64,000 nt of DNA from an uncultured Actinomycetes bacterium (GTDB taxonomy: Bacteria; Actinomycetota; Acidimicrobiia; Acidimicrobiales; AC-9), in assembly GCA_963731255.1 (NCBI GenBank), contig CAVSUO010000007.1:9755-73754 (forward strand), read 5' to 3'. Position numbers and translations under genes: made by a program. How positions within the stretch are numbered: the first letter of the stretch is position 1; the number at the start of each line of letters is the position of its first letter. The notes below the pieces were generated by a model that worked only from the letters and a program-made list of their open reading frames with translations, was not told the origin of the DNA and did no database searches. This document shows positions 16,187 through 26,922 of the stretch, piece by piece.

Positions 16187-17083
16187 CTAGTCACGAGCGG
16201 CCCGCCAGTGGTCGAGCACCGCCCGCAGGGTGACGTCGAGAGCCAGGGTCGGTCGCCAGCCCGTGGCGGACCGCAACAGGGTTGAGTCTCCCCGCAGGAC
16301 CGGCACATCGGCGGGACGCTCGAGGCCTGGGTCGGACACGAGCTCGAACTGTGAGCCCGCGATCGCCAGCAGACGGTGAGCGATGTCCTCGATGGCCACG
16401 TCGGTGCCCGAGCACACGTTGTAGACCGCGCCGGCCTCGCCCCGCAGGATCAGCAACCGGTAGGCGCGGACCACGTCCCTGACGTCGGTGAAGTCGCGTC
16501 GGGGCCGGAGGTTGCCGACGCGCAGCTCCTTCCCGCCGGCCCGCTCGGCCTCCACGATGCGCTTGGCCAGAGCGGAGACGGCGAAGGACGGCGCCTGCCC
16601 AGGACCGACGTGGTTGAAGGCGCGGGCCCGGATGACGGGCAGCCCGTGGCCGAGGTGGGCCTGGACCCCGAGAAACTCGGCGGCCACCTTGCTGGCCGCA
16701 TAGGGCGAGACCGGAAGGAGCGGGGAGCGCTCGGTGAGCGGGAGGTGCTCGGGCTTGACCGCTCCGTAGACCTCGGCCGAGCTGGTCAGCAGCACCCGAG
16801 GCGGCGACGGGCAACGTCGGGCCGCCTCCAGCAGGTTGAGCGTCCCCACGGCATTGACCCGGAAGACCTCCTCGGGCTCGCCCCACGACTGGCCCACGTG
16901 GGTGAACGCGGCGAGGTGGTACACGGCGTCAGGCGCGGCGTCGGCGACGGCGCGGCGGAGCCCGTCCGCGTCTCCGATGTCGAGCCCCGCGTCGGCGATG
17001 TCCACATCGTCACCGGACTCCCGGAGGTGGTCCTGGAGCCAGGTCCCGACGAAACCCTGGCCTCCCGTGACGAACGCTCGCAC
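16187..17083 (-). CDS. NAD-dependent sugar epimerase/reductase, GDP-6-deoxy-hexulose reductase (Rmd)-like
   Basis: Intact 298-aa ORF with the Rossmann start MRAFVTGGQGFVGTWL and the YAASK catalytic pair. The substrate assignment is tentative. Confidence 0.65.
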   Translation of the reverse strand: MRAFVTGGQGFVGTWLQDHLRESGDDVDIADAGLDIGDADGLRRAVADAAPDAVYHLAAFTHVGQSWGEPEEVFRVNAVGTLNLLEAARRCPSPPRVLLTSSAEVYGAVKPEHLPLTERSPLLPVSPYAASKVAAEFLGVQAHLGHGLPVIRARAFNHVGPGQAPSFAVSALAKRIVEAERAGGKELRVGNLRPRRDFTDVRDVVRAYRLLILRGEAGAVYNVCSGTDVAIEDIAHRLLAIAGSQFELVSDPGLERPADVPVLRGDSTLLRSATGWRPTLALDVTLRAVLDHWRAARD

Positions 17084-17094
17084 GCCGGCTCACG

Positions 17095-18252
17095 CTAGTC
17101 GGGCTCTTTGGGAGCCCTTCTGGCGGCGATGGCCGCCCGATAGGCGGTCAGATGTCCCGCGGCGCTCGCCGCCCAGTTGTGCCTGGCGGCGACGGCGAGC
17201 CCCCGGGCGCGACGGGCCGGCAGCCCCTCGTCGCGCCGAACGAGCAGGTCGAGGGCGCCGGCCAGCCCGTCCACGTCGCCCGGGCTGACGAGCACGGCGG
17301 CCCCCTCCACCACCTCCTGCATGGCGGAGCCGGTCGTGGTGACCAGCGGGGTACCGCACGCCAGTGCCTCCAACGCCGGCAGCCCGAACCCCTCCTCCAG
17401 GGAGGGGTACGCGACGGCGGCGGCCCGCCGCAGGAGGGCGGCGACCACGGCGTCGGCGACGTAGCCCGCTCGCACGATGCGCTCGGAGTGGCGGGCCTCG
17501 GCGATGGCCTGGTCGACGGCAGCCGCCCCCCAACCGCTCCCCCCGGCCAGGACGAGGGTGAGCCCGGCGTGGGCCGCGCACATGCGGTCGAAGGCGCGCA
17601 CCAGGGTGGGCACGTCCTTGCGAGGCTCGAGCGTCCCGACGAAGGCCACGTAGGGGCCGGTGATGCCGAGGCCGGCCAGCGCCGCCTCGTCGGCACCCGG
17701 CTCGGGCTCGTCGGGACGGAAGCGCTCGTGGTCGACACCGTGGGGCACGACGTACACCGGCCCCGAGGGGGGGCAGATCTCCGACAGTCGCTCGGCGGTG
17801 CTGGCGCTCACGCACACCAGCGCCTCGGCGTGGCGGGCGGCCACCCGAATGGCGCGGCGGAAGAACGGCACCCGCGTCCGCTGATGCCACTCGGGGTGGT
17901 CGAAGAAGGTCAGGTCGTGGATGGTCACGACCCACGGCAGGGACGACGCTTCGGGCATCGTGTAGTGAGGTCCGTGATGGACCTCGACGGGGAGCCGGCG
18001 CAGGCGCCAAGGCAACCGGGTCTGCTCCCACGCCAGCCGCAGCGGCCGCGGGCCGGGCGCCACGCCCTCGACGGATGCGTCGGGAGCGAGCGCACGCCAC
18101 CGGTCGGCGTCGTCCGACCTCGACACCAGCGTCAGCTGCACGTCCCGTCGATCGGCCAGGGCGGCGGCCAACCCCAGCGTGTACCGTCCCGCCCCGGCCG
18201 GCTCGGCCGGCACGGCGCTGACGTCGAGGCTGAGCCGTACCGGCGCGGTCAC
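17095..18252 (-). CDS. Glycosyltransferase, GT4 family (GT-B fold)
   Basis: The ORF track gives 17095-18651. I place the start at GTG 18250-18252 (VTAPVRLSLDVSAV...), which overlaps the upstream stop as GTGA. The C-terminal EEGFGLPALEALACGTPLV block is present. Confidence 0.8.
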   Translation of the reverse strand: MTAPVRLSLDVSAVPAEPAGAGRYTLGLAAALADRRDVQLTLVSRSDDADRWRALAPDASVEGVAPGPRPLRLAWEQTRLPWRLRRLPVEVHHGPHYTMPEASSLPWVVTIHDLTFFDHPEWHQRTRVPFFRRAIRVAARHAEALVCVSASTAERLSEICPPSGPVYVVPHGVDHERFRPDEPEPGADEAALAGLGITGPYVAFVGTLEPRKDVPTLVRAFDRMCAAHAGLTLVLAGGSGWGAAAVDQAIAEARHSERIVRAGYVADAVVAALLRRAAAVAYPSLEEGFGLPALEALACGTPLVTTTGSAMQEVVEGAAVLVSPGDVDGLAGALDLLVRRDEGLPARRARGLAVAARHNWAASAAGHLTAYRAAIAARRAPKEPD

Positions 18253-19343
18253 AGCAGCTGCTCCCACAGCTCCACGTGCCGGCGGGCGCTGGACTCCCAG
18301 GTGAGCTTGTCGACCCGCTGGCTGCCAGTGGCGACGAGCCCGTCCCTGCGGGCGCCGTCCACCGACGCGACCACCAGTCCGTCGGCGATCGCCTCCACGT
18401 CGAGCGGATCGACCTCGAGGGCGGCGCCCCGGGTGCTGGGCATCGGACTGGCCACCACGGGCGCCCCGGCAGCCATGGCCTCGAGGGCGGGCAGACCGTA
18501 GCCCTCGTGGAGCGGCACGTAGGCCAGGCAGCGGCACCCGGTGTAGAGACCGGCGAGCACGGCCGGTGTCACCTCTCCCGCCAGCACCACACCGGGGCGG
18601 GGGCGGAGGGGACCGCCCCACCCCTGAGGACCGACGACGACCAACGGCCACGGCTCGGGCAGCTGCGACCGGGCACGTGCGTAGGCGTCACACAGGCGCT
18701 CGATGTTCTTTCGGGGCTCGTTGGTGCCCACACTGAGAAGGTATGGGCTGTCGACGCCCAAGCGACTCAGGAGATCGCGGGTGGCGCCGGTGTCGGGCGG
18801 GGGGAGATGGTCGACGCCCTCCTCGAAGACTGCGATCCGGTCGCGCGGCCCGCCGGCTTCTTCGAGCGCCTCCGCCGTGGCGGCTGACGGCACGAGGAAG
18901 AGACGGGCACGTCGCAGGGCGCGCTGCAGGGCGGCCTCGTGCCATCGCCGGCCCCGAGGGGGAAAGGCGTCGGGCACCTGCCGCCACGCCAGATCGTGCA
19001 CGGTCGCCACGGCCGGCGCCCGGCTCCGCGGCACGGCGAGCGAGACGGCGTGGACGAGGTCGAACCCGTCCGGCGCGCCCAACAGCCCGACGTCCCACGC
19101 CCGGGTGAGGACCGGCCCCGGCAGCGGCGACGCCCGGACGGGCACGCCGAAGGAGGCCAGCGGATCGGCGCCGGCCCCCGGCCGGCTGGCCAGGAGGGTG
19201 ACGTCGACGGCGGGCGCCGCGCCCGGCCGGCCTCCCGGACCAGCCCCGATGCGGCCCAGACCGTGGAGCAGACCACGGGCGTAGGTGCCGATGCCACCTG
19301 GGGCCCTCCGGCGCAGCTGCTCGACGACGATGAGCACCCGCAC
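18249..19343 (-). CDS. Glycosyltransferase, GT4 family
   Basis: I place the start at GTG 19341-19343 (VRVLIVVEQLRRRAPGGIGTY...), 4 nt after the upstream stop. The HEGYGLPALEAMAAGAPVV block is present. Confidence 0.8.
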   Translation of the reverse strand: MRVLIVVEQLRRRAPGGIGTYARGLLHGLGRIGAGPGGRPGAAPAVDVTLLASRPGAGADPLASFGVPVRASPLPGPVLTRAWDVGLLGAPDGFDLVHAVSLAVPRSRAPAVATVHDLAWRQVPDAFPPRGRRWHEAALQRALRRARLFLVPSAATAEALEEAGGPRDRIAVFEEGVDHLPPPDTGATRDLLSRLGVDSPYLLSVGTNEPRKNIERLCDAYARARSQLPEPWPLVVVGPQGWGGPLRPRPGVVLAGEVTPAVLAGLYTGCRCLAYVPLHEGYGLPALEAMAAGAPVVASPMPSTRGAALEVDPLDVEAIADGLVVASVDGARRDGLVATGSQRVDKLTWESSARRHVELWEQLL

Positions 19344-19347
19344 GGGC

Positions 19348-20505
19348 TCAGCTGCCCACGGCGGCCGCCGAGGCGTCCCGGTAGAGCCCAGCGAGGCCCG
19401 CCGCGCACTCGTCCCAGCTGAAGTCCGCGATCCGCCGTCGCCCCCTCGCCACCAGGTCGGCCCTGGCTCGGTCGTCGGCGAGCAGGCGGTCGATGGCAGC
19501 CGCCAGGGCGTCGGCGTCGCCCGGCGCGACGAGCTCGGCCCCGTCACCGATGACCTCAGGCAGGGCCCCGGCCGTGGTGGCCACGACGGGAACGCCGGCC
19601 ACCATGGCTTCGAGGGGCGGGAACCCGAAGCCCTCGTACAACGACGGGTAGGCGAACAGCGCCGCCCCGTGGAGCAGGCGGGAGCGGTGGGCCTGGCTCA
19701 CGTACCCCAGTCTCACCAGGCGGTCGCGCCACGGTGAGGCGGCGACCGCCGCCTCGAAGCTCTCCATGCCCCACCCCTCGCGTCCCGCCACCACGAGGGA
19801 CAGGTCACGGTGGTGCCCCGCCACCCGGTCGAAGGCCCGGACCAGGGTCGCCACGTCCTTCCTCGGCTCGAGCGTCCCCAGGGCGAGCAGGTACGGGCCC
19901 TCCGGCACGGGGCCGGGGCTTTCACCCGGGCACCCGCCCGAACGGTCGACCGCGGGGACACCGTGGTGCACGGCGCGGACCCGCTCGGGCGCCGCGCCCA
20001 GCAGCTCGATCACCTCGTCTCGCACGAAGGACGACGGGGTGTGCACCCACGCTCCTTGCCGGATGGCTCGACGAACCAGCCTCGGAAACGTCTGCGTGTA
20101 CTCGTCGCACATCTCGGGGAACCGGACGGTGGTCAGGTCGTGGACGGTGAGCACGCGGGCGGCGCGACGAGCCGGCGGCACCACGAAGTTCGTGCCGTGG
20201 ACGACGTCGACCCTGCCGGTGAACCACTCGACCGGCGGAAGCGGCGTGTGGCTCCACGCCCGGTGGATCGGCCGGGCCGGCATGGGCCGGTCGACCGCCG
20301 CCACTCCACGAGGAAGGTGCTCGACGATCCGTCCGCGACGCCGCCAGCTCACTGCGAACGCCCGCACCCGCAGCCCGTCCACGCCGGCGAGCGCGGGGAG
20401 GGCGCCGGTGCAGAAGGCGCCGACACCGGCTCTCGTCCCGAGCAGGGGCGTGGCGTCGAAGGCCAGGTCCAGGCCCGGCGGGGTCGGCGCGCCCGAGCGT
20501 CGCAT
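19348..20505 (-). CDS. Glycosyltransferase, GT4 family
   Basis: I place the start at ATG 20503-20505 (MRRSGAPTPPGLDLAFDATPL...). The YEGFGFPPLEAMVAGVPVV block is present. Confidence 0.8.
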   Translation of the reverse strand: MRRSGAPTPPGLDLAFDATPLLGTRAGVGAFCTGALPALAGVDGLRVRAFAVSWRRRGRIVEHLPRGVAAVDRPMPARPIHRAWSHTPLPPVEWFTGRVDVVHGTNFVVPPARRAARVLTVHDLTTVRFPEMCDEYTQTFPRLVRRAIRQGAWVHTPSSFVRDEVIELLGAAPERVRAVHHGVPAVDRSGGCPGESPGPVPEGPYLLALGTLEPRKDVATLVRAFDRVAGHHRDLSLVVAGREGWGMESFEAAVAASPWRDRLVRLGYVSQAHRSRLLHGAALFAYPSLYEGFGFPPLEAMVAGVPVVATTAGALPEVIGDGAELVAPGDADALAAAIDRLLADDRARADLVARGRRRIADFSWDECAAGLAGLYRDASAAAVGS

Positions 20506-20551
20506 CACCGGAGCCTCCCACAAGCCGCTGGGCGGGTTTAGCCTGACGAGC

Positions 20552-21528
20552 ATGATCGCTGCCCTGGCAGGAGGCGTAGGCGCAGCACGCCTCCTGGGTG
20601 GCCTCGTTCGCGTCGTCCCGCCCCGTGACATCACCGTCGTCGTCAATACCGGTGACGACACGGTCCTGCACGGCCTGCACGTGAGCCCCGACCTGGACAC
20701 CGTCACCTACAGCCTGGCCGGGGTCGTCAACCCGGAGACCGGCTGGGGGCTGGCGGGCGAGACGTGGGCGGCCATGGAGGCCCTCGAGCGCTACGGCGGC
20801 GAGACGTGGTTCCGTCTCGGCGACCGCGACCTGGCGACGCACCTCTACCGCACCCAGCGCCTGCGAGATGGCGCGACGCTGACCGCGGTCACGTCCGAGG
20901 TCGCGTCCAGCTGGGACGTCGGACCTCGCCTGCTCCCAATGTCCGACGATCCCGTGCGGACCCGCGTCACGCTGGCCGAGGACGGGGGCGGCCCGGGAGG
21001 CGGGTCCGAAGACAGGCCGAGGACAGGGAGGTCGAGTTCCAGGACTACTTCGTGCGGCGACGGCATTCGGTGGAGGTGCGGGCCGTACGTTTCGATGGCG
21101 CCGAGTCGGCCCGTCCGGCGCCCGGGGTGATCGAGGCCATCGAGTCGGCGACGACCGTCGTCGTGTGCCCGTCCAATCCCATCGTCTCGATCGGGCCGAT
21201 CCTGGCCGTGCCCGGCGTCGAGGAGGCGATCGCCCACCGCCGGGCGGACACCGTGGCCGTGTCGCCGATCGTCGCCGGTGCCGCCCTCAAGGGGCCCGCC
21301 GACCGGCTGCTCACCGAGCTCGGCCACGAAGCGTCGGTGGTCGGCGTGGCCCGGCTCTACGCGCCCCTTGCGTCCATCCTGGTCGTCGACGAGGCCGACG
21401 CCGCCCTCGCCGACCGGGTCGAGGCCGAGGGACTGCGGTGCGTCGTGGCCCCGGCGGTGATGAGCTCGCCCGAGCTCGCCGCCTCCCTGGCCGAGGTCGT
21501 CCTCACCGCCGGCGCCACCCGCCCGTGA
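20552..21528 (+). pseudogene. cofD: F420 biosynthesis transferase CofD/FbiA, one frameshift near 20995-21010
   Basis: The N-terminal part reads MIAALAGGVGAARLLGGL...VVVNTGDD...HVSPDLDTV. The C-terminal part reads EFQDYFV...VVCPSNPIVSIGPILAVPG. Confidence 0.85.
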
Positions 21529-22220
21529 CCCTCGAGGTGCTGCCGGTGGTCGGCCTACCGGAGGTGGCGGCCGGGGACGTCCTGGCAGATCTCATCGCGG
21601 AGCGGGTCGAGCTCGCCGACGGCGACGTCGTGGTCGTCACCCAGAAGATCGTCTCCAAGGCCGAGGGGCGCCTGGTGGCCGTCGATCCCGAGGACCCGCA
21701 GTCGGTGCGGGAGCTGGTCGAGACGGAGGCGACGCGGATCCTTCGTCGCCGCGACGACCTGATCATGACCGAGACCCGCCACGGCTTCGTGTGCGCCAAC
21801 GCCGGCGTCGACCTCTCGAATGTCGAAATGGGCCGGGCTGCGCTCCTGCCCGTCGACCCGGACCGCTCGGCGCGCCGCGTACGCGACGGCCTGCGGGCCC
21901 GGACCGGTGTGACCGTCGGAGTCGTCGTGTCGGACACGTTCGGTCGGACGTGGCGTCGGGGCAGCACCGACGTGGCCATCGGCGTCGCCGGCGTGGCCGC
22001 GGTCGTCGACCTTCGCGGCACCACCGACGGGCGCGGTCGCGTCCTCGTGGGCACCGAGATCTGCGTGGCCGACGAGCTGGCGGGAGCCGCCGAGCTGGTC
22101 ATGGGCAAGGCGTCGGGAGTGCCGGTCGCCGTCATCCGGGGAGTCGACCCGAGCTGGCTTCGCGAGTCGTCGGTGAGCGAGGAGGTGGTCAGGCCCTACC
22201 GGGAGGACCTCTTCCGCTGA
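21525..22220 (+). CDS. cofE: Coenzyme F420:L-glutamate ligase CofE, stand-alone (no nitroreductase-like domain)
   Basis: 231 aa from a GTG that overlaps the cofD stop as GTGA. Blocks VVVTQKIVSKAEGR, GFVCANAGVD and VVSDTFGRTWRRG are present. It ends at TGA 22218-22220, inside the convergent epimerase gene. Confidence 0.85.
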   Translation: MTLEVLPVVGLPEVAAGDVLADLIAERVELADGDVVVVTQKIVSKAEGRLVAVDPEDPQSVRELVETEATRILRRRDDLIMTETRHGFVCANAGVDLSNVEMGRAALLPVDPDRSARRVRDGLRARTGVTVGVVVSDTFGRTWRRGSTDVAIGVAGVAAVVDLRGTTDGRGRVLVGTEICVADELAGAAELVMGKASGVPVAVIRGVDPSWLRESSVSEEVVRPYREDLFR

Positions 22221-23213
22221 CCCGATCCGCGCCGGCCCTTGGCCTTTGGGCCCGGCTTGGTGCCGGCCGTGTCGGGAGCAGTCGCCGCCAGCACGGCCGC
22301 CGTGCCGTCCGCGAGCGTCGTCCACGGTTTCCAGCCCAGATGGATGGCCGCACGCCCGGGGTCGAGGGCGCTGCGATGGAGCTCTCCCGCCCGGGCGGGG
22401 GCGTGGACGGGTCGCTGTGAGCTCCCGGCCGCCCTGGCCATCGTCTCGTACAGCTGGAGCACCGACGTCTCGACTCCCGTGCCCACGTTGATGAGCAGTC
22501 CGCCACCGCGCTGGCCCGCTCGGGCCAGGGCGTCCACCACGTCGTCAACGAACACGAAGTCGCGCGTCTGGGAGCCGTCGCCGAAGATCGTGCACCGCTC
22601 CCCCGCCACGAGGTGGCCGGCGAAGATGGCGACGACACCCGCCTCGCCGTGCGGGTCCTGACGGGGCCCGTAGACGTTCCCGAGAGCCAGCGCGCAGAAC
22701 TCGATGTTGTGCAGTTCCCGGTAGGCCGTGAGGTAGTCGACCACGACCATCTTGCTGACCCCGTAGGGCGACGTCGGGACATGCGGAAGCGACTCGCGGG
22801 CGGGCAGGTCCGACGGACGCACGTCGCCGTAGAGCGTGCCGCCGCTGGCCGCGAAGACGACCTTCGACGTCCCCGCCCGCCGCGCCCCTTCGAGGACCGC
22901 GGAGGCTGCCGAGGATGTTGATCTCGGCGTCGAGGACCGGGTCGCTGACCGACACCCGCACGTCGGCCTGGGCTGCGAGATGGAAGACGACCTCCGGCGG
23001 CCGGCGGGCCATCAGGTCGACCAGCCCGGGCGAGCGGATGTCCAGGTGATGGAACGTCATGTCGTTGGCGGCGCCGGAGCGGGCGTCGGCCAGGTGGGTG
23101 AGCGAGCCCGTGGACAGATCGTCGACCACGTCGACGGCGTGACCCTCGGCGAGGAGGCGGTCGACAAGGGTCGAGCCGATGAACCCGGCACCGCCGGTGA
23201 CCATTGCCCTCAT
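22196..23213 (-). pseudogene. NAD-dependent NDP-sugar epimerase (GalE-like), one frameshift near 22899
   Basis: The N-terminus MRAMVTGGAGFIGSTLVDRL and the catalytic block SPYGVSKMVV are present. An extra G in CGC-G-GTC breaks ...ILGSLRVLEGARRAGTSKVVFAASGG.... Confidence 0.8.
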
Positions 23214-24287
23214 GTGGGCACCTTGTCGCCCTCGACACGGGCGCCGGCGTCGATGACGACGCCCGAGCCAACCACCGAGAGGTCGCGAACCACGGCGCTC
23301 TCGCCGATCACCGCCTGCGCCCCGACGACCGAGTCGTCGACCGCGGCCCCGGCCGCCACGGCGGCGCCGGGCAGCAGGACCGAGCCGGCCACCGAGGCGC
23401 CTGGATCGACCCGCGCGCCGGCGCCCACGACCGAGCTCGACCACGCGGCGCCGGACGCCACGCAGGCGCCCTCGCCGATCAGCGAGTCGGGCCGTACCTC
23501 ACCGTCGATCACCGGCGCCCCCAGGACCCACACCCCGGGCGACGCCTCCCTCGCACCGGGCGCCGGTGGGCCCGGGCGGGCTCCGGACAGCAGGTCGCGA
23601 TGGGCCTGGAGGTACTGCGCGGGCGTGCCGGCGTCGATCCAGTAGCTGTCGGAAGCCAGGGCGAAGAGCCGCCCGGCCTCGACCATCGCCGGGAAAGTCT
23701 CGCGCTCGATCGAGCACGCGCCGCTCGCGGTCGATGCGGTCGAGCACCGACGGCTCGAGGACGTAGGCGCCCGCGTTGATCAGGTTGGTCGGCGCCCGCC
23801 CCGGATCGGGCTTCTCGATGAAGGCGAGCACCCGACCGTCCGCGTCGGTCGGCACGACGCCGAACCTCGACGGGTCGTCGACAGGTGTGAGGCTGATCGA
23901 AGCCTCCGCCCCTCGCTGGCGGTGGAAGCGGACCAGCGCGCTCACGTCGAGGTCGGTGAGGACATCGCCGTTCACGACCAGAAAGGTGTCGTCGATCCCA
24001 CCGTGGGCAGCGGCGAAGGCGATGGCGCCGGCGGTGTCCAGCGGCGCGGGCTCGACGGCGTAGCCGAGCCGGACGCCCCCGGCCCGATCCTCGGGAAAGG
24101 CGCTGAGGAAGGCGTCCGGTCGGTAGCCGAGAGACAGCAGCGCCTCCTCCACGCCGTGGGCGGCCAGGTGGGCGAGCACGCGCTCGATCATGGTCTGCTC
24201 GACCACGGGGAGCAGCTGCTTGGGGGTGGTGTTGGTGAGGGGTCGAAGGCGCGTTCCCTCGCCCCCGACCAGTACGACAGCCCTCAC
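23210..24287 (-). pseudogene. NDP-sugar pyrophosphorylase, mannose-1-phosphate guanylyltransferase-like, one frameshift near 23705
   Basis: The N-terminus reads VRAVVLVGGEGTRLRPLTNTTPKQLLPV. The C-terminus is a left-handed beta-helix repeat. Its position next to the wbbL-like gene mirrors Rv3264c (from memory). ATGA overlap with the downstream epimerase start. Confidence 0.8.
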
Positions 24288-24298
24288 GGGGTGCGACC

Positions 24299-25151
24299 CT
24301 ACCGCGACGCCCGGGGCCTGCCCGCTGCCCGCTGCGCCGAGGCGCCGATGACCCGAACGGCCAGACCCACCGCGACCACAGGCAGGAGCAACCGGCGCCA
24401 GCCGGTCGTGGTCCGCCAGGCGAACCGCAGCAGCGACTCGTGATGGGCGAGGATCATCCGGTAGGGGTGCTGGTCGGTCGACACCCCCTGGACATGGAGC
24501 ACGCATGCCGACGGCTCGTAGGCGACTCCCCATCCGGCTCGCCCGAGACGCCAGCAGAGATCGACGTCCTCCAGGTACATGAAGTAGGACACGTCGAAGC
24601 CGCCCAGGTCTTCCAGCGCCTGACGCCGGGCGAGGAAGCACGACCCGGACACCCAGTCGACGCTCCGTCTGCCCGCGTGGTCCCAGTCCATCATCTTGTA
24701 GCTCCTGGTGAACCGGTTCCGGGGTGCCACCAGGCCGAGGAAACCGTGTCCGATGGCGTCGACCAGCGAGGGAAACGTGCGCGCCGAGGGGTACAGCGTC
24801 CCGTCCGGGTTGAGGAGCTTGGGTCCGACGAGGGCGAGGCCGGGATCGGCGTCGAGGGCGCCCGTCAGGGCGGCCAGGGTGCCGGGACGCACCACGACGT
24901 CGGCGTTGCACACCAGCACCAGCTCCCGGTGGCCCTGGGCCAGCCCGCGGTTGACGCCGGCGCCGTAGCCGAGGTTGGCACCCGTCTCCACGAGCCTGGC
25001 CTCGGGATCGGCCGCGGCCGAGACTGGCGGCCGACCCGTCCGCCGAGCCGTTGTCGACGACGATGACGTCGGCCACGCCGTCCGCCCGCAGGCTCCCCAC
25101 GCACTCGAGCAGCTCGTCGCGGGCGTTGTAGTTCACGACGACGGCGTCCAC
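24299..25151 (-). pseudogene. GT2 glycosyltransferase, WbbL-like rhamnosyltransferase, one frameshift near 25000-25020
   Basis: The N-terminal piece reads MDAVVVNYNARDELLECVGSL...VIVVDNGSADGS. The second piece reads ANLGYGAGVNRGL...FMYLEDVDLCWR. Confidence 0.7.
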
Positions 25152-25232
25152 CCGGCGGGAGACGTCGGCCGACGGGCTGGCGTCGGGTGTCCCGAGGGAG
25201 CTCCTCGGGGGATCGTTCCGCCCCGTGTTGGC

Positions 25233-25907
25233 TCACCGATCCGGCCGCAGGCGGTAGCGGGCCAGGGTCCGCAGGGCCCCCATGCCGTCGCGCCACGTGA
25301 ACTTGGTGCCCTCGCTGGCGTCGCGACCGGCATAGGAGATCGGTACCTCGTAGATGCGGTGCCCGCGCCGGAGGACCTTCGCCGTGATCTCGGGCTCGAA
25401 GTCGAAACGATCGGACTCGATGGTGATGCCGTCCAGGACCCGGCGGTCGAACAGCTTGTAGCCGGTCTCCATGTCGGACAGGGTCGTGGCGTAGGCCAGG
25501 CTCGTCATGAGCGAGAGCAGGCGGTTGCCCAGCCAGCTGCCGAGGGGCATGCTCTTGCGCTCGCCCGTGAACCGGCTGCCGTAGACGACGAGGGCCTTGC
25601 CCTTGAGGATGGGGTCCAACAGCCTCGGCCAGTCGTCGGGGTCGTACTCGGCGTCGGCGTCCTGGATGACGACCAGGTCGCCCCTGGCGTAGGCCAGAGC
25701 GGTCCGGATGGCGGCGCCCTTGCCCCGGTTCGTCTGGTGGGTGAGCACCCGCAACGTCGAGTCCTCGAGCGCCGCCAGGATCTTGTCGCTGCCGTCGGTC
25801 GACCCGTCGTCGACCACGATGACCTCGAGGTCCAGCGGGAGGTCGACCGCACGCACGCGACGCACGACCTCGGCAACCGTGTTGCGCTCGTTGAACAGCG
25901 GGATCAC
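25233..25907 (-). CDS. GT2 polyprenyl-phosphate glycosyltransferase (DPM1/GtrB-like)
   Basis: Intact 224-aa ORF with VIPLFNE, VIVVDDGSTDGS, RGKGAAIRT and IQDADAEYDP. GTG start. Confidence 0.75.
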   Translation of the reverse strand: MIPLFNERNTVAEVVRRVRAVDLPLDLEVIVVDDGSTDGSDKILAALEDSTLRVLTHQTNRGKGAAIRTALAYARGDLVVIQDADAEYDPDDWPRLLDPILKGKALVVYGSRFTGERKSMPLGSWLGNRLLSLMTSLAYATTLSDMETGYKLFDRRVLDGITIESDRFDFEPEITAKVLRRGHRIYEVPISYAGRDASEGTKFTWRDGMGALRTLARYRLRPDR

Positions 25908-25939
25908 GACCGACAGCCGCTGATAGCGCGTCTCCTGCC

Positions 25940-26918
<979 letters not shown>

Positions 26919-26922
<4 letters not shown>

